Shown here: in pieces, positions 36,501 through 46,300 of the stretch
How positions within the stretch are numbered: the first letter of the stretch is position 1
Layout of the letters: each line of letters opens with the position of its first letter
Source of the DNA: Catajapyx aquilonaris
Lineage: Eukaryota
Reading direction: 5' to 3'
DNA: 49,494 nucleotides
NCBI GenBank assembly: GCA_000934665.2
Contig: KZ538756.1
Coordinates: 1-49,494, forward strand
Translations under genes and position numbers: made by a program
The notes under the pieces: generated by a model
Database searches by the model: none
What the model was told of the DNA's origin: nothing
Seen by the model: only the letters and a program-made list of their open reading frames with translations

Positions 36501-39389
36501 ATTATTAACATACAGGTTTCATTGTACTTTGTTTCTTTCTGTAAGATTTTTTTCCCTTGGTATTTTTGTGCATGTACAGACATCCCTCAGTCGATGTGGA
36601 AGCTGATGTGCAATCCAGTGTACGTCGTGACCTGCCTGGGTGCCTGTATGGAGCTGATCATTGTATCTGGATTTGTAATTTTCCTGCCGAAGTACTTGGA
36701 GACCCAGTTCTCCTTGAGCAAGAGCCAGGCCAGTGTCTTCACTGGAGGAATTGCCATCCCTGGAGCTTGTGTGGGGATTTTCATGGGGGGATGCCTGCTC
36801 AAGAGGCTACAGCTCAGGCCCAAAGGAGCTGCACAGTTTGTGCTACTTTGTAACCTGCTCTGCCTTGCTTGCTATGCCCTCCTCCTCTTCCTTGGGTGTG
36901 ACAACCTCAAGATGGCTGGAGCTACTATGCCTTACTTTAACAGGTGGGTACAAAAGTAGGGTATGTTATGATTTTGTGCTGCCCATGGACTATTTTGGGG
37001 GAGAATGAGATACCTCTAACATTTTCCTAAATGTAGTACAACAGTTTGTTGTTCAATTTCATTAACACCTGACCCATTTACTAACTCTTGAGAAAGGTTG
37101 AGGACATTGCTTCACACCCCTACATCTAGCTTTGTAGCTAGAATGCACTATACTACTCTGGCTTTAGATTTGAGATAATCTTTGATATAAAGTGACTAAA
37201 ACATTAGCCAAAACTTCCAATGTTTCCTTGGGCTGCATTAACAGTGATTGGTCATCACTAGTGAATTGCCGGTAGATAGTCCTGCTTTTGGCAGACTGAC
37301 CCCAGGCTCTCATTTCTCTTTACATTATAGCACAAAGGCCGAGTCATTCCAAGTGAACCTGACTGCAGCTTGCAACTTTGGATGCGAATGTGCCCTGGAT
37401 GATGTTCAGCCAGTTTGTGGGAATGATGGCGTGACATACTTCAGCCCTTGCCATGCTGGCTGTACCACTCCAACCGGATACTACAACTATACTGACTGTG
37501 CCTGCATCCATCGGCGACCTCCTGTTAGCAGTGCCATGAATTCCAGCACAGCAGGAGGTGTGGCTGGGTATGCAGAGGTCACTGTGGTGCCTGTAGCTAC
37601 TGCAGGTCCATGTGCCTCCCCATGCCACACCATCCTGCCCTTCATGCTGCTGCTCTTCTTCATGACCTTCATTGTTGCTGTTACTCAAATGCCCCTGCTC
37701 ATGATTGTGCTCAGGTAAGAAAGTGAAATTAGAATACCATTAATTTGACTGATCCAGGAACAATAGATAGATCATCAGGAAATGCAGTTAGAAACAGCAG
37801 TTTGCATAAGGGGGGTTATCATTTGATCCAGAGTGTAAAAGTATGTGTGCCGGGATATTTTTTTCCCCCTGGGACCATCACAACTGTTAGTGGAAGTTCT
37901 TAGTAATAATATAAGATGAAAACGCGAGACTCAGTTTTGTCCTATCTATTCTGGTATTGCCGAATCCACATTTGAAATTGGCAATTTTTCAAATTTAAGA
38001 TACTCATGTATCTTTAGACATTTTCTTTAACTCCTTCTATCATTAAATAATGCCTCATTCTTTCACTAAAGGTGACATATAAAGTAAATTATATTACAAC
38101 TCTGGTCACACAGGTTAAGTACCCTTCAAATGAGGTAATGTAATTGAGAACTATGATTGTAATAGTACACATTGTAATTGTGTGCATTACTTTCATTAAG
38201 TCTGGGTTAGAAAACAATTGAAACTACCAGAAGAAGGTGTAATTTAACTGATAGGAAAAATTATTTACGATTACTGGCATCTCCTCTGGCTATATTTAAT
38301 CAGAAGAAATGGAAATTTTAGATGTGGATCTCTGCTGTACCAGCAAAGATAGAACAAAACTTGTTAGTGTCACTATTTCAGCTTTCAGCGGTGTTAATAA
38401 CAAGAGGTTTAATAATATAATAATGTACGAGTAATAGTAAAGCTGGTGTAGTTCAAATTCACATGTTTTTAACAGGTCGGTGGAAGCAGAGGAGCGCTCA
38501 TTTGCCCTGGGGATGCAGTTCGTGATATTCCGCCTCTTTGGCTACATCCCCTCTCCTATCATGTTTGGGAACATCATTGACTCCACCTGCCTGCTGTGGA
38601 AGAGCTCTTGTGGGGAGAAGGGTGGAAGATGTCTTGTATACGACATAGAGCTATTCCGATACAAGTGAGTTACTCTCTGCTTTTAAAAGCCCTCAATCTT
38701 TTAAAGCCCTCCATAAGACTGACAATCAGTGACTTGACCTAGTGAACTCAGTTGGTTCATTGTGGGAGAGGATCACTGTTTTTAACTGAAATCTCTGTTG
38801 AGGTTTCTAAGAGATAAGTATTCTAATTAAGTTGCTGCTTATCAAATGACATTCGTTTCAAGGTTTTCCCCCCCTCAAGTGTGTGACTTCTGACCTCTTA
38901 ATTTCTTCATTCAGGTATGTGGGAATATGTGCTGGGATCAAGTTGGTGGCCCTAGCCTTATTCCTCCTGGATTGGTACCTGATCCGTCGCCGACACAAGA
39001 TGGAAATGGAAGGAACCCTTACTGTAGGGGAGATAGTCAACTCTATCATTAGCTTGGACAAGTGTAAGTTTATAAGTATTGATGACCTAGGAAATTGATA
39101 CATTCTTGTTCCACTTTATTGCTAGAGGGATTCCAAGGGATGTGTGAAGTTAAATATGATGAAATATTTCTCAAATAAGTCAGGCAGGAGAGTACAAGTT
39201 CAATATTCTAAGGAAATACGGTACCCATTTAGTGTTTCATAATATGATATTATTTCAGTATTTGAGGAACCTGAGGAATCAGTTTGGTTTCCTGGCATAT
39301 CTCAGAGCAAATCAGTGCTGGCATCTGCTACTCCTCACCAAAGTAAGGATCACCAAGATGGGATGGAAGAGAGCCAGCCTTGCTTATGA
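30600..39389 (+). CDS. Oatp30B: OATP-C: organic anion transporting polypeptide, SLCO5A1/Oatp30B-like, 859 aa
   Basis: Exons: 30600-30865, 31700-31814, 33330-33546, 33613-33789, 33961-34170, 34531-34644, 34720-34841, 34923-35064, 36580-36943, 37331-37714, 38476-38664, 38915-39063, 39259-39389. All GT-AG, total 2580 nt in frame. Motifs: DCGILTCRPSFLQTFANIK/IFVLLLSLLVTLQQALASGYLNSVITTIEKRFEIPSS, YLGSRRHIPVWIG, GCGGSPLFTLGTTYIDDH, signature DARWIGMWWGGFL, FLPKYLETQF, Kazal QPVCGNDGVTYFSPCHAGC, ERSFALGMQFVIFRLFGYIPSP. The first exon (ATG 30600, upstream in-frame TAG, acceptor at 30526) is less certain. The orthology name is from recalled similarity. Confidence 0.93.
30780..30830 (+). repeat. Coding 12-bp minisatellite, (TVDS)x4, in the OATP-C N-terminus
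   Basis: ACTGTGGACTCA ACAGTGGACTCA ACTGTGGATTCC ACTGTTGACTCC: all differences between units are synonymous in the TVDS frame. Confidence 0.9.
32766..33034 (-). mobile_element. tRNA-derived SINE with poly(A) tail, intronic
   Basis: Minus strand starts GGGGCGGCGTGGTGGTCTAGCGGTTA (A box), then GGTTCAAATCC (B box), about 190 nt of non-tRNA body, and an A12 tail (T run 32766-32777). Confidence 0.85.
35635..36081. mobile_element. MITE, probably PIF/Harbinger type, in an OATP-C intron
   Basis: Perfect 17-bp TIRs AGGCCTGTTTCCACCAG / CTGGTGGAAACAGGCCT, with three subterminal GAACAAAAAT(T/A)GT.CTGG repeats and several GCACAAAA repeats. The target duplication is imperfect, so the superfamily is tentative. 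Confidence 0.85.
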
Positions 39390-42300
39390 CACTTGGATGC
39401 GGTGTGTGCTACCGGACAGTGTATTGGTGACAAGGTGTGACAAGATTCGCAACCTCTGCAGGGGTCTGTTGCACGAGAACATGGAAGTTCTATGGTACAG
39501 AGCCCCTATTTGCTTCAAGTAGGTGCAGATGTAATTCAATCCTCACCTGTGTTTACCAGAGCGAAGAAGTGGACATCTAGTTAAGTACTTACTGTGCATA
39601 AAATGGCCAAATAGAATTAATTAGCCCTCTCTGGTTGCATTAGTTGCTTTCCAAATGCAACTGATGTAGTGACACAGCTTCAGTTGAGGATGAGTTAACC
39701 CATGTGTTTGTAGGAGCAGCTTCCAGTGAAGAGTGTTATTGGATGACGTGGTTTTTTGGACAAAGCCATCATTGCGTGCTACACCCTTTTGTTCAGTCAC
39801 GACCAACTGCCCTCAATTCACACATTCTGCTGATTATTGTGCTGACTTTTGTGATGGTGAGAATGGATTGGTTAGTTCCTCCACATGACCTCTGTTCTGT
39901 AGTAATTCATGTGGACATAAATAAGCAAAGTAGTCACAAATGCGAGTCAAAAAGCAAGCATCACGGTGCTTATAACAAGGGGCAACCACCACTAAATTAT
40001 AGTAAACAGCATTAAATGCTGGTTGGAGATTATTTCTCACCCTCCTGGAAGTTCCAGCAGTCAAAAGAGGGCAGGATAAAACATCCTGGGAAGCATCTAT
40101 TGTAGGGAGGGAATAGTTCAGTGAGAGTAGGTGGTAGAAGTTGTGAGGCTGGCTTGGGTAGTATAGCATTGGAGAAGGATCTGGTCGAACATACAGTATA
40201 TTGCAGATATGCAGAAGTTTGTAATTTGGCAGAGTGCAGAAGTTGATCAGATTGTTTAAAATAGCTCAATTTTGCTGAGAGAGAACTGTACTGTACTTTG
40301 GCTACCACCCCTTGGCGGTATTTGTAGGTTATCAAGAATTTCCTACCCCTTTTCGAACTACTGTATTTAAAATTGTCGCTTTCTGAAACAGAAACTCTGC
40401 TTTCTATGCAGCTCACAGTTTTGCAATTCCTGGGTCCCAGTCTGATGTACACTATACAAAAATGTAACAGAGCTGAAACTATAAGCACATCTCACACGCT
40501 GCTTTCATGCAGCATTCACCTGTGCAACAACTGTAGTCTCCTGCATCAAAGTCCTTCCTTCCCAACTGAAGCGCACGTTCACTGAAAACCGAATCCGTCC
40601 AACAATTACAGTTTTCCTTCCTATTCTTGTTGGCAGCTCTCTCACGTTGTATTTTCCAGAGAGAAGTGCTCATGGTGAAGTGTTTTGTGTTATTCCCTCC
40701 TTTTTCTGTTTGAGAGGACTGTAGGGAAAATCCTAGTGCTCAAGTTGAAAAGTGAGTAGTACTGAAGTAGCTCCTTTTGTGTCACAAGTGTTGCAAAAAA
40801 AAACACAAAAAAAACTGTGCACTCAAAAGATATTGGGCCTTGACTTACTATCACACCTGAGTGAGGACTGTGAAAACAGACAGGCGTCACATATCAAGTG
40901 TATAGTGTGGAAAAAAGAGAAAGTCTTGTCTCAGGTTACATCACAGCAGCAACATCCCACCTCCCCAGCCCCACCCCAACAAGAAAAGAAAAAACAATTT
41001 TCACTTGATATAAGTGCACGTACCTGGTCCTTTCCTACATGTTTCCAAAGACTTTTTGTCACCTGACCAAAGAGCAACCAATGTTGTGTATATTGTTGAT
41101 TTAATTATTAATCCCAAGTTTTTGCTGGATGATGTCACCACCATTGTTTTTGACCCCTTCCCCTGTTGCTATTTATTTTCCCTTACCCCCTTCTCTCTCC
41201 TCCATGTAAGTTAAGCTACCATTTGAATGTCAGAGCAAAGACTTTATTTTGATAATGGTTTGTGTGAATGGAAGTTTGTTAACTTAAAGAGAGAATATTG
41301 TGGTTTATGTGATTAATGTGTAAGTGGATGGAGGAGCGAATTGTGTCACAATAACTGACTGACTGGCTGTGTAGTTAATGATTTACTTATCAACGATCAA
41401 AAACCTGTTAATAATCACATGGTTACATCCCCTCCCTTCCCCATTCTGATCACCCGACACACTCTTCCCACTCCCAATGACAAAAAAAAAAGCATTCTTA
41501 GAGACTGCGATAGATGCCACGTGAGTAATGAGAGTATTTTCAATAAAAAGTCATGTCATGGAACAATTGTTTTTTTCTTGCTCTTTTTCCTTGGTATGCT
41601 CCACAGGTGAAGGCCAAGGTTAGCTTCTTCCATAAACATCTACAGTACTTCCATAATATTAAAAAAAAATAAAAAATCAGTTCAGATACTTGGGTGTAAA
41701 CCATGGTAAGTGAAATTAAACTGGTTTTGAGGAAAGCTAGTGCGAAAGTGAAGTGTCTCAAAATCACTCGATTGGGACTGTTCTGAATTTCAGGTCTTCA
41801 TTAGTTTTGTTGGGGTGGTTCAGACAGTATCTCAATTCATAGGGTGTGCCCATATTTCCTCATGATTCCAGAAAAATGCAGGCTTTACAAAGAATGGGTA
41901 CATGCAACTAAATATTAGTAGCTATTACTTTTAATAGCCATTGCCAATAACTCAGCAAGAGTAACTGCTGAAAATAAGCAGCTTAGTGCCATCAATAGCC
42001 ATATTATTAGTGCCAGTATTGTGGATCACCCTGTAACATTAAAAGGAGACCTGAATCTGCCTATACTTATGAGGCCTCAAGGTGACGACAACACGACATC
42101 GTCCACCTCTTCTTCCAAACTTCCATCCATCCAGCTGGGCGCAGGCGGAACAACCAAACAGCAACATCCTTCGTCAGATAAAAGCAGCAGGCCGCACTGG
42201 AGATGGCGCCTCACTCCAGTTGTCCATCGCAGCTCCCGTAAGCAGCTCGACAATAAGACTCGGAATCCACCGACCAGGTAGTGCAGATGAAGTGAACAAC

Positions 42301-42429
42301 TGTGTTGGATCATGGATGGACGATATGCAGTGATCTAAAGTACTTTCCATGCTTCTTGGAAACAAATTCATAAATTTAATAAAGAAAAGGGCTTAAACAG
42401 AATACATAATATAGGCTCATTTCCTGAAT

Positions 42430-42567
42430 ATTCAAATCCACGTTGTGGAAAATCCGTGGGTGATGGAGCAAAATGGAGGTCATATTTGAAATCAGCACAC
42501 CAAACAACATTAAAATCAGTCAAAACCTCTCAATAAGTTTTCAATGACCCTAATTTTGCAGGCCTTT
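42430..42567. mobile_element. Terminal fragment of a DNA transposon (Chapaev3-like end, tentative)
   Basis: GTGATGGAGCAAAATGGAGGTCATATTTGAAATCAGCACACC...AATTTTGCAGGCCT resembles the subterminal motif and terminus I recall for this group; no partner end found. Confidence 0.4.
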
Positions 42568-43391
42568 ATCATTAGGTCCAATGAGGACTTGGATGCAAAT
42601 GACCACTGAACGAGTGGATGAGAACAGACCCCAGCAGCATGCCGCACTTTCATGTATTGTGCGGGTCGTGTGTTACAAGCCTGCAACCTGCGTGCTCCTC
42701 ATTTAGTGTACTGTACCTTCCAATCCTGACGACATTGTCTGTGGCAGGATGGGCTACCACTCGGAAATGGCGCACTGCTAAAAGGTCATGATTGTCTGTT
42801 GAAAATGTTGTGGACTTTCACCTTGCTCCAGTATTCCTGTGCCTAGGAAAGGAAGCCGAGTAATCAAAAACAGCATATTTTCCACCGAGGGGCCCAAAAA
42901 TTGTATGTTATAGCCAAGGTGAGGTGAAAATGAGTCTGTTATATCAGGAGTGAAAATACACATGGTCTTATGGAAGCCCTGGCCTTTCCAGTCTCTTAAA
43001 ACTGAAATTCTGTCATAGCCAAGGTTGTTACATCCGGATTCAACTACAGCCTTATTCTTCATGATGATTCTTCATAAATGATGATGGAATCAGTTAATTT
43101 TCCTGCACTGTTTGTGACATGATATTGGTCCACTTAAACTCTTTTGGGATGTGTCAGTAAAACGACGTACGAACCACATGCTATAGAAGGCAACAATTTA
43201 TTCTGTGTACATGGCTGGGGAAAGTGGTAAATACCCCAATCCCTTTGTCAACAAAAACCTGAATACTTGAAACATGCTATAGACAGTGCAGTTGTTTATC
43301 ACTTGATTTCACTGTTTTTTTTTTAAACTGTCACAATATGAAAACAGCATATGTAGATAATTATGGTCCTTCAAATTCACTGAACACCTTC

Positions 43392-46300
43392 TCACTTTTT
43401 ACCCCTTCCTCGCCCCCCACCACGTCCTCTTCCTCTTGATGCTCCTGAAGGTCCGGCAGAGGAGGCGCCTCTACTAGAGCCCCTCCCACCACCATCCACC
43501 TTCCCAGCTGGCTTCTTTGCCTGATGTAGAAATATAATAATTGACCATTGTTTGCACTGCATTGTTTGCATTCAATATCCACTCTCAGACACCATGGCGA
43601 TACCAAGGACAACGTGCATGAAAATTCACGAAATCTCTCCTCACCTTAATCATGGAGTCTGCAAATGGATCCTCCTCTCCCTCTTCCTCTTCTTCACCCT
43701 CTTCTTCCTCACCCTCCAGTCCCTCCATGAAATCGTCTGAGGACCCTCTTCCTCCTCTCTTCTTCTTGGTTGCTGCCCCCGTGGCATAAGGCAGCATCAC
43801 AACTTCCTTGTTATATGCACGGGTGAATGCAGCCTTCACCTGCAACATAACCCATAGATAGTATAGCCAATAAACAAAATGCAACAAAAATAAAGCAAAT
43901 GCAGTTCGGTGAAACATGTCTGTAAGAGACCATGCCTTCAGCAATAACTAGCCCATTATAGAACTTTTGCAGTTCTGATGCACACTTTTCAATGTACTGT
44001 GCATGTATGGCACATGCAATGGAAATCTGCTCAGTAAGAAAATTTTGATACATCTGTTACAAACACTCAAAAAGTTTCCTTACTCCTGGAACTTTTGTTT
44101 CCTTATGAAATACTTAAGAAACCATGCATTTCCTTTGCTTCCTTTGTTTCATTCGTTGCAATAGCACAATACGACAAGCATTCACAGGAACATTTGAGCC
44201 TTCTTGCATCACTATCCTAGTCATGTTAGGGTTAGATAACTAGGTAAAGGGTCATATTACTCTCACTTGAAGACAAAGCTTGAGCTCACCTTACTGTCAA
44301 GTTGGGCCATTGGGTCCTTCATTTTAGGCCATGTGGCTACTTCAGCAAGTCCTTCTAAATCCTCCCTGGCAAGACAGTATTCTTCCATGACCCTGATGGA
44401 CTCTCTGACCCCATCAGTACCTCTCTTTACCATTGGGGTTACAATAGCTTCCCTAACTGCTTTGGAATATTCTTGTCCAACTGCATCTTTTCCCCCAGAC
44501 ACCCTTAGCCTCATATGTACACTCAATTCCTGCAGAATGCGGTCCATTTTGCCTCTCTTTGAGTTCTTCCCAAGCCAGCCTGGAAACTCTATCTGGCCAG
44601 CCATGTATCCTTCCAGAATGTCCCCTGGAATCACACTGGACAGGATAGCAGCCGTGGGCAGCAATCCCCAATTCTGGTTTGAGCGGATCAAGCGGTCACA
44701 CACATCTGCATCGCACATGCTGTCAGATGCAGCTGCCATCAGGTCCATGATCTTACTGGCATCACGTCTGAAAGGTCACGTACATGAGTACCAGAACCAC
44801 ACTTGCAACTTCACTCAAACACATCATATGCAGTAACAAGTTCTTTCTAATTCAGCCATCAAGCTGACAATGTCCTTGCTCCAGTTGCAACTGTTTTTAT
44901 ACCATATTACCATGTGTAAAGTGGCATGCCAGTAAATCACAGATGACCAGATTTTAGAGAATGAAGGTCTGGTGGCTTCACCAACATGCCAGTATAAGAA
45001 GGGATACACTGGCCCAACCCAAAGAGGAGTTTTAAATATATTTTTCCAGAAAAAAACACACCCAGTAGAAACATCAGTGTCAACCAATCATGATTTTATG
45101 ACCTAAGAGGTCAAAGGTTACCTTCTATGCCAATTCTGTCACAATTTTCTTTTCTTTTGTTCCCAAATGAAATCTACTGTAAAACAAATAAGTGTAGAGT
45201 TAGTCAAAGAGAGAGTAACATATGCATATTTATGATTTACAGTTTAGGGATCATGTAATAATGGTGCACTGCCACAGATAATAATAACCCAATATGGCAG
45301 AAATCTTCTGGAAAGATAGATTGGTCCCTCCTAGTGATGTAAGTATAATCCGAATATGAGAATCTGCGGATGCTTGAATTTCCCACGTTAAAATGTGAGG
45401 ATGGTTTTTATTTGGTACATAAACTTTTTTGCAGAGTGAATTCGAACTTTGGCGGTCAAAATTTGGTTCAACATACTCCTGCCATCTCTTGGATGGCAAC
45501 TAAACTATCATGACACACCAAGGTGATAATGAGTCGAACATGCCAGGGTCACGCGGCTGCCGTGTCATCTTTCATGTAAACAAACGCCCTTAGTACAGGG
45601 TGCCATAAAGTCTGGACCCTTGGGAGTTTCTCATAGTACAGTGTTGTGGTAATAATAATAATAATGGATACCCCGTGATAGGCCCCTTGGGCCTCTTAGG
45701 GGATCATCTTTAGAATAACCGATTTTTATCATTTGCCTGTAATGTGATGGATTTTGATAGTGGGAGGAAAGGGGAGAACCACGAGAAAACCCACGCGAAC
45801 ACGGAGAGAACCCATCGAAACTCTATCCACATAAGTATCCTCCGTCCGACCCGGGGATCGAACTCAGGACCTTAGAGGTGGAAGGCTGTGGCGCTAACCG
45901 CTCGGCCACCGTGTCGCCCTGTGTTGTAGTAATATGATGCAACCATAACAGTGTGTAGTGATTATGTAAACTTGGCAGGCCTATCGACGTTGTGCGAGCC
46001 AAACGATTCTTAAAAATTTCTTCTGAAACATCCGGTAGAAGATTTTTTTCCGGCATTTTACATTAAAAAGGACCACCACATATTAAAATGATTAATTTTC
46101 GCGTGAAGTTGTTATTCATTAATCACTCCTACGTCAAATTTTGGACAAAATAGAATAACAAAAGCCCAAATACCTGCCGAAAACTCTGCTGTCAACAGGT
46201 TAAAAGGCAGCCCTGACTTGAAGTTTGTATCAGTGTAGGGCTTTCCTCACCTGCTTGCAAATTGTCTGTGCAACACATGCATATGGGAGTGGAAACCCTA

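Noticed and set aside
44267..44836. 189-aa plus-strand ORF and similar antisense ORFs over OATP and RFC1 exons
   Set aside because: Antisense shadows of real coding exons.
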